From a virus: a DNA stretch of 64,000 bases. The notes below the pieces were generated by a model. That model made no database searches, had not been told where the DNA came from, and saw only the letters and a program-made list of their open reading frames with translations. Numbering within the stretch: the first letter of the stretch is position 1; every line of letters starts with the position of its first letter. Below are positions 18,811 to 28,436 of the stretch, piece by piece. The stretch is taken from positions 1 through 64,000 of the IMG/VR virus record IMGVR_UViG_3300027896_000023; one strand, 5' to 3'. Both the position numbers and the translations under genes were made by a program.

Positions 18811-19248
18811 TCAGAGGAAACTAAAGAAAACTTTCCTTCCTCTTCTTTCTTTTTTTAAGAACCCCATCACACGAAGATTGTTCAGATACATACTTTCTAC
18901 AGCACGTGCCCGGCGAGTAACCTCAGCGATCTCCTCTGCATCTGCTTCTCCCTTCAATTTATGCAGGGCCACAAGTGTAGTCTGCATGTGCTTAGGCAAA
19001 CTGAGAACATCATTTATGCTGAGAGGCAAATCAGTAAGTGACACACCAGCCAACTCCATTGGCGGACGCATAACATTTACAGGAGGAAGATTCTTATTGA
19101 ATTCTTCTAGTCTGGTTACGCGTTCAACAATCTTATCCACTCGGCTGGCCATAATGGTTATTCGATTGTTGATTCGTTCCAAAGCTACTTCAACCGGCAG
19201 CGGCATCTTCAAGACTCCTGTATTTTCCACAGTATCTGCCGCCATCAT
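18811..19248 (-). CDS. Coiled-coil + winged-HTH regulator (Bathyarchaeia-like)
   Basis: LSLPKHMQTT...ADAEEIAEVTRRARAVESMYLNNL..MGFLKKERRGRKVFF. Confidence 0.75.
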   Translation of the reverse strand: MMAADTVENTGVLKMPLPVEVALERINNRITIMASRVDKIVERVTRLEEFNKNLPPVNVMRPPMELAGVSLTDLPLSINDVLSLPKHMQTTLVALHKLKGEADAEEIAEVTRRARAVESMYLNNLRVMGFLKKERRGRKVFFSFL

Positions 19249-19337
19249 GGGTGCACATGTAACTTTGGCTGCTGGATGTTTTGCAACGTTTAAAAAATCT
19301 GCAGCGGTTCAGCCTAAAAATTTTTTTGATGTACTCT

Positions 19338-19451
19338 TTAAACGCCTGAATCTTTCGGGACAACAGTTCTTCGGACCTCAATTACAACATCGTACTCTTC
19401 ATGTTCTGTAGTGTGAACCTCGTATGTAGACTCAAATTTCTTCGCTGACAA
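19338..19451 (-). CDS. 37-aa microprotein MSAKKFESTYEV...
   Basis: TTG start after GAGAGGA, downstream of the promoter-like motif at 19481-19500. Confidence 0.45.
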   Translation of the reverse strand: MSAKKFESTYEVHTTEHEEYDVVIEVRRTVVPKDSGV

Positions 19452-19480
19452 GTTCCTCTCTCCAAGATGCATGGTGTTAG

Positions 19481-19500
19481 TCTACGGTTTTAAGCGTTCT
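19481..19500 (-). promoter_or_regulatory. Divergent late-promoter copy AGAACGCTTAAAACCGTAG
   Basis: Shares AGAACGCTTAAAA with the other three copies. Confidence 0.55.
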
Positions 19501-19767
19501 TAAATACGTATTATTAAGACACCATCAATAAATTATGATAGTCACATCTACAGAACCAAAGTGCCTGCCAATCTATTTTAAAATCAACGTTCATTTAACG
19601 GAGCTGATTTTTTGGTTACGCCAAAGGGGCATTCGAAAATAGGTAAAGCCACAAATATTTTGCTGTTTTGTGTTGGCAGGTCTGTTTCAGGTTTCAATTT
19701 TATTTCAACGACAACAGTAGCCATCGAAATCATCAATAGGTTTCTGTAGTAACAAGTCAGATATAAA

Positions 19768-20013
19768 TTGATGCGTCACCAAATATTTGCTATGTACGAA
19801 ATCCTATTTTTTCTGGGCGGAATCGCAATCGGAGTCATGATACAACGCATCTACGTTGCACGTGCAGGCCCAATGTTTGAACAGGGATCAAGTTGGCGAT
19901 GGGGCAAAAGCAGATTCTTCCGTTGGCTACACCGGCTTTACTGTGAAACATGTCCACGTCGACAGCATTGCCCAGAATACGATCAACGCGTAGCAGCTGA
20001 CAACACCCTCTAA
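19768..20013 (+). CDS. Small membrane-anchored Cys-rich protein
   Basis: N-terminal TM; CETC...HC. Confidence 0.5.
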   Translation: MMRHQIFAMYEILFFLGGIAIGVMIQRIYVARAGPMFEQGSSWRWGKSRFFRWLHRLYCETCPRRQHCPEYDQRVAADNTL

Positions 20014-20102
20014 GTACAAGAGGTGTGTAGTACACTACACAGTTACGGAAGCCATTGGAGTCCTCAGCTCGATGAAGATGGCAGTAACCTTGGGATGGTA
20101 CC

Positions 20103-20324
20103 TTGAAAAAAATAAACATGTCCCTCCACGTCATAGGATTATCAACTGTTGTGGCAGCCGCTTTTTTCTTGGCCTGGGTGTTCTTGATGATTGTTCTGCA
20201 GGGCCACTTCACTGTTGGAGAAGACAACCTGTGGATCCGTTACTGCGAAGTTGCCTTGGTAATCTATGGGGCTTGCTACGCAGTTTTTCTCTGGGTATCT
20301 TTCATGCGTTATTATTCGGCGTAA
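20103..20324 (+). CDS. Small 2-TM protein
   Basis: Two hydrophobic segments. Confidence 0.5.
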   Translation: MKKINMSLHVIGLSTVVAAAFFLAWVFLMIVLQGHFTVGEDNLWIRYCEVALVIYGACYAVFLWVSFMRYYSA

Positions 20325-20769
20325 AAAAAATTTTTAGGTTACAGGTGCTTGTAGATCCATTTGCCAAACAAGTACCCAAGAACAGCAATCCACAACGCGA
20401 TACCTGTCCACCCGGCTAAATCATTATAGTAGTTTGCCCCAACCATAAACAGCAAAGTGCCTACAAGCAACAGCAGAATCAACACAGCATTCAATTTATC
20501 CATACGGTATGGTACCTACAAACAAAATATATATTTTGCGTCGACCAAAAAAATTGCAGCAGGGGCGAAGCATACCATCCGTTGCGATAGGACAGTTACT
20601 CCGATAGCCTGCTGCATCCACATTCCGCCATATCCAGTGGGGGACCAGACGGACTTCAAAAGTTATTTACCTAAAAGAAAGCTATATACTTATTTCAAAG
20701 TTATTTACACCAAAAAAAAGTATATACGTCAAAAAAATTTTATAAAGGCATCGATCACGCCCATCGATT

Positions 20770-21060
20770 TTACGTTCAACAACAAAATCTCAAGCAGTGT
20801 ACAACACCAACAACAAACAAAACAGGCAGACAACAACAAACAACAACAAAGGCGCCCCAACCAGAACCCGCAAGGTTCTCCAAAGAGAACCAAAACCCCC
20901 AAACACACACACCCCAAACAAAGTGCCATGTATCTTATGTGATTTTGGCTTTATTTGACTGTTTGATTTTTGTTTATTGGGTGAACTGTTGGATTTTTGC
21001 GCGCGCTAGATTTTTGTTTATTGGTTGTTTTTTTATGGTTTTTGTGGTTATTATAATGTT
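20770..21060. other. CA-rich to GT-rich skew switch; candidate replication origin or genome-end region
   Basis: CAACAA/CACAC tract to ~20920, then TTTGTT/TTGG tract; non-coding, at the boundary of the main gene blocks. Confidence 0.45.
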
Positions 21061-21097
21061 ATATTATTTTAAAGGCTAATTTAGGCTTATTTTAACG

Positions 21098-21134
21098 TGT
21101 TACGCATAACACTTATTAAGGTGTATGCGTAACA
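21098..21134 (+). promoter_or_regulatory. Palindromic operator enclosing a TATA-like box
   Basis: TGTTACGCAT-AACAC-TTATTAAG-GTGT-ATGCGTAACA. Confidence 0.65.
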
Positions 21135-21139
21135 TGGAT

Positions 21140-21912
21140 TAACGAAAAAGGTGTGTGATCCAAAAAAGACAACTAAAAAAGCGTTGGGCGCGCGCGCGCG
21201 CCCAAACCAGCCTTAAAGGCTTGGTGAACGGAACAGCACCGTTTAATCAACTGCCAAACATCCCAATACCATTACGGGAACGGATGGATGCTAAACTGAA
21301 TGGCAAGGTCTACATGGTTAAACGGTGAAATAAAAATCTGTGGTGCTTCATCAAAAGATTTAGGACGGTTGACGATTGCCTATCGTACCTTAACATATAG
21401 CTCCTGCTAGGTGTGTTGCCTCCAGATTAAGCTGGACGGTGCTAGTTAACCTGATGTACAAATAAGGGTTAATTTGAGAGACTGAGACAACAAAAAATCC
21501 GCTAATTATGAGTCCCAACTTTTACGGTTGCCTGCGGTATGTTAAGGAAAAACTGCGCAGAAATGGCAAAAGACTGATGCCAAAGGAACTTCAATGTTTC
21601 AATAAACCGCCCTAAATCGAGTAGGCAATCGGGACGGGCTAGCACCGTAACCCAACAACATAACTGCAAGTGAAACACGTACATAAATTTGAAAGGTAAA
21701 TTGCAATAAACCGAGTATGGACACCCGCAAGATAGTCACGAAAGGGAGATTTACCGATTAAAGTTAAAACAGTTATGGCTTGGTAACGGTGCACCCGCAC
21801 TACTGAAATTCTACAACACTTGCGTTATGGCTTAACAAGTCATGGCGCAGACACACACACGCAGGCTAATACTCGCCTGCCGACCGCAAGGTCGTACCCC
21901 TAGATCTTTTTT
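21140..21912 (+). ncRNA. Candidate large ornate ncRNA (~770 nt)
   Basis: No plus-strand ORF; long-range helices, a G-U-containing stem, a GNRA loop; upstream TATA and downstream T6. Confidence 0.65.
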
Positions 21913-21972
21913 CTACGCAGTTATGCGCTCGAGTCGTTGCAAATTACGACGAGAGAACTAGGAGGATTAGTT

Positions 21973-22362
21973 ATGTCAACCAGTATTGAACGACTTTTAG
22001 ATAGAAACGCCGATAAAATCTACTATCACCCTCGCACAGGCGAGAAGATGTCAACCTGCACCTGTGGAGACAAGGTACATTCAATGCCACCAATCTCCAA
22101 CCTGCACACGAACGGATGCCCACGCACTACGTACCACCGAATGGTCAACGCCCAGTGGATAGGCGACACGCCGATTCCGACAGGGCAACTCAAGACATTC
22201 TGGGGAGAACGTAAGCATGGATACGTCAGCAAGCACCAACACGCACAGCATGGCGCAGGCAGATTCCTACCTCCGCAGATGCCAGAACGCAAAGTGAGGA
22301 TACTCTGCAGACACATAGACCGCGCAATCAAAGAGACCAAGACCACTGTACAAGTTGCCTAA
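21973..22362 (+). CDS. Hypothetical His/Cys-rich protein, first gene of the plus-strand block
   Basis: GGAGG RBS at 21961, ATG at 21973. Confidence 0.65.
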   Translation: MSTSIERLLDRNADKIYYHPRTGEKMSTCTCGDKVHSMPPISNLHTNGCPRTTYHRMVNAQWIGDTPIPTGQLKTFWGERKHGYVSKHQHAQHGAGRFLPPQMPERKVRILCRHIDRAIKETKTTVQVA

Positions 22363-22526
22363 TCCTCCCAGTAATAACGTAAAAGGAGTGTGAAAGAAAA
22401 ATGGAACATCAACCATCCATCCAACAGCGAGTACAAACCGTCTACGACTCTCTACAGGGAAGTAGCAAAACCGTGACCTCAGACATCAGAACAGCACTAT
22501 ACATAGTGCGAACGGTGGGAGTCTAA

Positions 22527-22745
22527 ATGGGACACATGCACTCACCATGCGAAAACTGCTTGGGAGTCGGGTGTGAATCATGCCCGAAATACATCCAAGC
22601 CAAGCAACTAGCAGAGTTCGAAGCCAAGCAGTGTGAGGATCAGCTCAAATGGGAACAAGCCCAAGATGTACTCGTCGATCCAATCCAGCGGTCTGATTCA
22701 CCTAAAGGTTGGAAACAATATACAGAAAGGCTACGTCATCAGTAG
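22527..22745 (+). CDS. Small Cys-rich protein
   Basis: CENC...CESC. Confidence 0.5.
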   Translation: MGHMHSPCENCLGVGCESCPKYIQAKQLAEFEAKQCEDQLKWEQAQDVLVDPIQRSDSPKGWKQYTERLRHQ

Positions 22746-22891
22746 CCTCTTTTTCTCAGTGACCAATATGACTCAATTACTAAATCTCGGAGAAGATGGG
22801 CGGTCTAACAAGACTCGTGCTATCACTGAGTCGGTGCAGAAATGCACCGTTTTTCTCAGTCACAGAATGACAAACCTATGGAGGTGTATTT

Positions 22892-23209
22892 ATGGATGAA
22901 AATGAAGATGAACGGCGACTTATCGCTTTTCTCAACAACACAGGATTAGGAGTAAAGATTGAATCCACTGACGTCATTAACTCAGCACTCTACGCTTGGT
23001 CCACATTGCCAGTCTCGCATAACCCAACAATGACTCGATGTTTCATACAGGACTTCGCAGCATCACTTGATCGGAAACACTTCTTTCAAAGCTACGAACA
23101 ACTTCAGGAGTTCTGGGATCTCGCTGGCAAAAGAGTCCAGGGCATGCATGAACTCAGCAAAGTTGGCGCAGCACTCACTGTTAGTCGCAGGGAGGTGAAA
23201 GAAATATGA
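22892..23209 (+). CDS. Hypothetical protein
   Basis: GGAGGTG RBS. Confidence 0.6.
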   Translation: MDENEDERRLIAFLNNTGLGVKIESTDVINSALYAWSTLPVSHNPTMTRCFIQDFAASLDRKHFFQSYEQLQEFWDLAGKRVQGMHELSKVGAALTVSRREVKEI

Positions 23210-23453
23210 TAAGCACAGTATCACGTAAAGAAGCGTTGAAAGCAATCTGCACTTTATGCAAGCCACATGCTTGCAGTGTATGTTATGATCCGCTTGAAAC
23301 TTCAGGCGTTACAATGGAACAGTTACAAAAATACTTCAATCCTTAATCTCCGTTTCTTTGGAGACAAACCATGTTTAGCAGCGAAGGGTTACACAACGGC
23401 TGCACCTGTAGCTTCCACAATTGACAGGCCCATGGCGATGTAACCTATAAAAA

Positions 23454-23819
23454 TTGGAGGAAAAATCTTTGCGAAAACCCGCAAACATAGAACTGCTCGA
23501 ACACTTCAAGCTTGATGACCTTGGGTCTCAGTTTGAAATGGTCGAACGTAAATCTCCCGTGATAGAGAAAAGTAAAAGGAAAGTCGAATGGCACGCTGTT
23601 TTTCCAATGCATATTCCACAACAGGACTACATGGATAAAATGGCTTCAACAGCAATCGCTAAAGACAACTGCATCAGACTCGAACCAGGACACACACATG
23701 TCTTAGACGTCGCAATATGCTTCAGATGCACTCCACAGGAATGCCTCAGCAACCATGCATGTGTTCGCAAGCAAGCGGTACACTCAACCCTTGCACACAT
23801 GAACAGGGCTAAGTGGTAG
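23454..23819 (+). CDS. Hypothetical Cys-containing protein
   Basis: Coupled to the AAA gene. Confidence 0.5.
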   Translation: MEEKSLRKPANIELLEHFKLDDLGSQFEMVERKSPVIEKSKRKVEWHAVFPMHIPQQDYMDKMASTAIAKDNCIRLEPGHTHVLDVAICFRCTPQECLSNHACVRKQAVHSTLAHMNRAKW

Positions 23820-25537
23820 ATATGACAGCTTCAGATATAACCGGCGCAAGCAACAACTGGCTTGTCGAAGATGCAATCCGAAGACGTGCACAGTGGACCT
23901 GCAGCCCAATCAAAGTAACTGAAGACAAGAAACGCATCGACCAACTCATAGACAGCGCAGCAACAGGCGGCCAAGCATTACTCCTTGGACAAGTCAAAGG
24001 ATACCGCAAGATCTTAGAGTGGAATCTCCAACGCAATGAACTAAAAGAAATCAGCAAGCCAGGCAGAGAAATCATAAGAGTACCAGTCGCAGATCAAGAC
24101 CAGCCAGTAATACAATTGATCGACAAGGAACTACATAACACGAGTCCATTAGGATCCGACGGCTTACCAACACAACCGCAGTCAGCACTTGTAATCATCC
24201 ACAACGTAATGACTAAACCGCAGGCAGATGCAATCGCTAATTGGTTAGTGGCATGGAGTAAAGACAACAGCTTATTCGTCAACCAAGGAACAGTCTATAC
24301 TTTCACTACAGACGAATCATTGTTCATTGAACCAGTGCGACGCGCATGCAACGTCCAGTATATACCAACAGGATCAGTAGAGGAAATCCGTGCGCAGATA
24401 CAAAACCTCGTTGACAAAATCAACAAGAACAACAGGGAAATGCGGCTACGAGTAGACGAACAGGAAGTCCAAGCAGCTAAAGGATTAGATCTCACACAGA
24501 CAGTCACATCATATCTCTATGGCCTATCAATCTCAAAGACAACGCCGAAACGATGTGGAGTTGAACCCTTCACAGAGATGAAGATTCAACAGTTGAAGAC
24601 TATCGGATTGAACTTGAAGACACCAGAGATTGGCCCCGACGACTTAGGCGGATACCAAAGTCTCAAAGCAGAAATCAACTTCATCGCATCGCTAGTGCAA
24701 GATCCAGCGAAGACAGCTCATTATGGCCTATCATTGCCAAGAGGATTCTTGCTGGATGGCCCACCTGGAACCGGCAAGACAAGGATCGCTGAAGTATTAG
24801 CTTGGATATTGAAGATGCCGTTTGTGAAGCTGGAGAACAACAACTTGTACAAAGGAATCGTTGGAGAGTCAGAAGCAACTGTCAACAAGATCTTCCGCGC
24901 ATTAGAAGCCCTAAGCCCACTGGTGCTGTTCATAGATGAAGCAGATGCAGTGTTTCCACGCAGAGACAAACAGGTCTCTACAGATTCAGGTGTAGGACGA
25001 CGTGTATTCAACGACATGCTGGATAAACTGGCAAGTCCAAAGAGAGGCTACCTTGTGATGATGGCTACCAATCTCGTAGAAGACATAGATGAAGCAGCAA
25101 TCAGACCTGGAAGAATTGGCGCATGTTACTACGTTCCATATCCCGATATGGCAGCGAGACAACAGATATTCCAAGTGCAATGCACACGTCTGCATCATTA
25201 CTTGATGGATCCACAGATCGACTACAGCTATCTTGCAAAGCAATCATGTATGATGAGTGGCGCTGAAATAGAGAAGTGGTGCGAACTTGCATCCCAACAA
25301 GCATTGAGACAAAACAGCGAACCAGTAACACAAGGGCACTTCGAAGACGTAGAAGAACAAGTCACAGTTAACATCGACGAACGCATCGCAGACATGCGTA
25401 AGAAAATCGAAGTACGCAAACACATCATGAACTTCAACGTACCACAGATGGATCGTGACATCCAAGGATTAATGGCGGAGATCACAGGCAGACAAGGCAG
25501 CAGCATCGACACCTTCACACAAAATCTAGGAAAATAA
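23813..25537 (+). CDS. AAA+ ATPase (Ycf46-like)
   Basis: DLGG, GPPGTGKT, VGESE, LFIDEAD, ATN, RPGR; inactive N-terminal domain. Confidence 0.88.
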   Translation: MVDMTASDITGASNNWLVEDAIRRRAQWTCSPIKVTEDKKRIDQLIDSAATGGQALLLGQVKGYRKILEWNLQRNELKEISKPGREIIRVPVADQDQPVIQLIDKELHNTSPLGSDGLPTQPQSALVIIHNVMTKPQADAIANWLVAWSKDNSLFVNQGTVYTFTTDESLFIEPVRRACNVQYIPTGSVEEIRAQIQNLVDKINKNNREMRLRVDEQEVQAAKGLDLTQTVTSYLYGLSISKTTPKRCGVEPFTEMKIQQLKTIGLNLKTPEIGPDDLGGYQSLKAEINFIASLVQDPAKTAHYGLSLPRGFLLDGPPGTGKTRIAEVLAWILKMPFVKLENNNLYKGIVGESEATVNKIFRALEALSPLVLFIDEADAVFPRRDKQVSTDSGVGRRVFNDMLDKLASPKRGYLVMMATNLVEDIDEAAIRPGRIGACYYVPYPDMAARQQIFQVQCTRLHHYLMDPQIDYSYLAKQSCMMSGAEIEKWCELASQQALRQNSEPVTQGHFEDVEEQVTVNIDERIADMRKKIEVRKHIMNFNVPQMDRDIQGLMAEITGRQGSSIDTFTQNLGK

Positions 25538-25562
25538 AAGAAAGAAAACCGGAGGAAAATGT

Positions 25563-25961
25563 ATGAGTCATTTCACCGTGTATAGAATATGTAAAATCAA
25601 TGGCCTTACAGAAGGCTTTTTGATCCGTGCTGTAGAGTTCTGGGCTAAACAGTTAGGTGCCCAGATCTTCTATGGCAAAATCCCCTTCGCCTTTGGCGAA
25701 GCACAGAAAGTTGTTGTTGGTTTCCAAACCGAAGACATGCGGTCTCCCATCGGCTTCAAAGTAACGGCTGATGGAGGATTGCAGGTCTGTGGAGACAGCT
25801 ACATGCAGCAAGACGAGTTTGCTAAATACAAGATGATGGCTGAGTCAGGCGTCTTAACGAACAGCTATCTCGTTGCACAGAAGGCAAAGTCTGAAGGCAT
25901 GACCTTCACGCTGCAGGTACAGGAGACCCAAGTGCACATGGAAGTGGATTATAATGCCTAA
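25563..25961 (+). CDS. DUF1257 (Ycf35)-like protein
   Basis: MSHF start, IGFK...GDSY, Y....AK.EG pattern; context. Confidence 0.65.
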   Translation: MSHFTVYRICKINGLTEGFLIRAVEFWAKQLGAQIFYGKIPFAFGEAQKVVVGFQTEDMRSPIGFKVTADGGLQVCGDSYMQQDEFAKYKMMAESGVLTNSYLVAQKAKSEGMTFTLQVQETQVHMEVDYNA

Positions 25962-26139
25962 AGTTAAAATCGATTTCAAGTTCGATGGAACAATGAAGAC
26001 TGAAGCTGAAGGATTCGAAGGCGGCAAATGCGTGACAGCAACCAACAACCTGATTGAAGCTATAGCTAAACGTCAGACCGATCAACGATTCAAGACTGAT
26101 TATTATGTCAACGAAAACGCGGTTAATATTGGTAATTAA
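25954..26139 (+). CDS. DUF2997-like protein
   Basis: DGTMKTEAEGFEGGKCVTAT...KTDYY. Confidence 0.75.
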   Translation: MPKVKIDFKFDGTMKTEAEGFEGGKCVTATNNLIEAIAKRQTDQRFKTDYYVNENAVNIGN

Positions 26140-26281
26140 AACCGATGGCACGATCGAGACTGGACAGAAGGAAAGCGGAGAAGCTTTCCATTTTCCATGT
26201 GTAGATCAACCTCAAGATGACGCAGCTGATAAGTTACTCTCAGACATAGCGAAAACTAAGCAGTCAAGTTGGTGTGGATAA

Positions 26282-27538
26282 ATGCCAAGTAAAAGAGAAG
26301 TAGATATTCCCGATGCTTTAGACATCGCATTGCAAGGTATCAACTTTAGCAGTCCTACTGTAGATATAGATATTCCAACGCCATGCATTGAAGATGACAG
26401 GAAAATTCAAAGCTTCACGCAAAGCCTACCTGAACCTGAAGAAACTGAACTGCAACTGCTTATGTCCAGTAAACCCGTAGTGTTGCAGGGCTTCTTGTTC
26501 TCCATGCATTTCAGTGGAGATGACTTGCTGAAGCTACAGGTGAATAATCTGGATGACAGCCACTTCAACGAGATGAAAGATTGGCTTGAAGATACTATGC
26601 TGGAGATTGACAAGTCACATACCGAACGACATAACAGCGGTGCATCCAGCTGGGAAGGATCAGGTACTCGTCTCAAAGACTTTGTTGATACAGGTGAAGC
26701 AGAGAATACGCCTGATAGATCACGCAGCATCAAGATCAGAATGTTTCCGCGTTCATTCAGCAACAGCTTAGCACGCATCAAAGAAGACTTAGTGTATGAA
26801 CGACTCCGCAAATGCATCAGCATCACCACGTATAGCAGTGGCAGATTCAAACAGATGATCTTCGTCTTGCCCTTCAGCAAAGCAACTGAGATGGTAACAA
26901 AGATCGCTGAAGCCAACGTGAAAGTAGATGCAGTCAACGCAGAAATCAAAGAGTATGTGCAAAGCAAAGACTACACTAAGCTACATGAAATCCTAGAGAA
27001 CTACAAACTTGAGAAGCTTGCAGACGAACGCAGCTGGAAGATACCTCACATCAGATATGAATTGCAACCCTTCAACCTAGACACCAAAGCAGTTATGGAC
27101 ATCATGAAAGTTGGAAACAAAAACGTCAAAGAAGAACTGAAAGAAAAGTACAACGCTGGCTTAAAAGAAATCGAGGCAACTCTCAACGAGAAAAACAAAA
27201 CCATGAGTACACAAATCATGCAGGTATTCAAATCTGAAATCGACAAGCAAGTAGGGCAGATCGTAGCACGTGCAAAGATGGAGACTAAAACTGCAGCTGA
27301 AACTTCTGAGTCTCTGAAGCAGGAACTAGATGACCTCAAAGAGAAAGCAACATCGATTGGTATGGAAGCGTTAGCTGGCACAGTGATTGATCCCTTGACA
27401 GCACTTATAGATAATCCAAGTAAGGCAGCTGAACTCTTCGGTGTCTCTGTGATGAGTGACTTGCAATATGAAGTAGACGATAGGATCGTAGCGTTCCTAC
27501 GTACTCAAGCTACAGGTGTAGAAGATGCCAAGCTGTGA
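26282..27538 (+). CDS. Coiled-coil hypothetical protein linked to the AAA module
   Basis: 418-aa ORF, helical K/E-rich C-terminal half. Confidence 0.7.
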   Translation: MPSKREVDIPDALDIALQGINFSSPTVDIDIPTPCIEDDRKIQSFTQSLPEPEETELQLLMSSKPVVLQGFLFSMHFSGDDLLKLQVNNLDDSHFNEMKDWLEDTMLEIDKSHTERHNSGASSWEGSGTRLKDFVDTGEAENTPDRSRSIKIRMFPRSFSNSLARIKEDLVYERLRKCISITTYSSGRFKQMIFVLPFSKATEMVTKIAEANVKVDAVNAEIKEYVQSKDYTKLHEILENYKLEKLADERSWKIPHIRYELQPFNLDTKAVMDIMKVGNKNVKEELKEKYNAGLKEIEATLNEKNKTMSTQIMQVFKSEIDKQVGQIVARAKMETKTAAETSESLKQELDDLKEKATSIGMEALAGTVIDPLTALIDNPSKAAELFGVSVMSDLQYEVDDRIVAFLRTQATGVEDAKL

Positions 27539-27788
27539 GTGCGGATGGGAAGGAACATGGTACGAGACAGAGAAGTCTTGTTGCCCAGTATGTAGCAAAC
27601 CGTTAGGAGATAAGAAACATGAATCGTAAAGTGCAGATCACCCGCAAATATAATCTTGGCTGTATCGGCAAGCAGTACGAGTCAGTTGAATTCTGCGTAA
27701 GTGGATGCAATACAGCTGAAGTAATTGCGGAAATTGAACACGCCTATGTAGATTACATAGCTTCAATCACGTCAGGGGTGATACATTA

Positions 27789-28010
27789 ATGGCAACTAAA
27801 CAACTGCCTAAGAAGTTTAGTGAGTGGACAGATGAACAACTCATCAACTACTACAAGGAATTGCATAGCTGCATCAACATCTCAGAATGCTTCAGCACTT
27901 CAGACCTTATGAACTATGATAACATGGAGATTGAACTCATTAAACGAGGCTACGAAGTAAAAGAAACCACGCATATAACAGTGCAGAAAAAGATTGAAGA
28001 GGAGGGATAG
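27789..28010 (+). CDS. Hypothetical protein
   Basis: GGGGTGA RBS. Confidence 0.6.
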   Translation: MATKQLPKKFSEWTDEQLINYYKELHSCINISECFSTSDLMNYDNMEIELIKRGYEVKETTHITVQKKIEEEG

Positions 28011-28011
28011 T

Positions 28012-28410
28012 ATGGCAAGATACTACATACGTCAAGTAAACGTTGCGTCTCAGACGGATCGCCTAGATGAAGACGGAAATCCACAGGTGTACAAAGTTTC
28101 TCAAGCGCAGGATGGACATTGGGAGTGCAGTTGTAAGGCATGGATATTCCAACGGGCACATCTACTCGATGGACGACGAGCTGATGAATGGGAGACTCCA
28201 AATGGAGTATGTAAGCACGCTTGGTGGGTGATCCAGAACGAAGGACGCATGGCTACAGCTGTAGCTGCTGGTGGAACACACAGGATCGAATCAGAAGGAC
28301 TCTTCGTGGACATAGCAGATGGACAGATCATTGGATTCCTTGCGCATCTTGGTGCGCCACCTCAAGTACCCACGGTTGCCCGTGATGTTTTCCATCCACG
28401 GCGCCGCTAA
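28012..28410 (+). CDS. SWIM Zn-finger protein
   Basis: YKVS....WECSCKAW...CKH. Confidence 0.75.
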   Translation: MARYYIRQVNVASQTDRLDEDGNPQVYKVSQAQDGHWECSCKAWIFQRAHLLDGRRADEWETPNGVCKHAWWVIQNEGRMATAVAAGGTHRIESEGLFVDIADGQIIGFLAHLGAPPQVPTVARDVFHPRRR

Positions 28411-28436
28411 ATAAACGATCTACAGGTGAAGTTTCT

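Noticed and set aside
18416-19411. 331-aa plus-strand ORF
   Set aside because: Overlaps two well-supported genes, one in another frame and one antisense
20457-20942. 161-aa ORF with a Q/N/K tail
   Set aside because: Likely a by-product of the T-poor CA-rich tract
21470-21740. Group I intron (GAGACT ... GATAGTC resemble P7 strands)
   Set aside because: The match is partial and no interrupted gene flanks it; left as an unassigned ncRNA pending a covariance search
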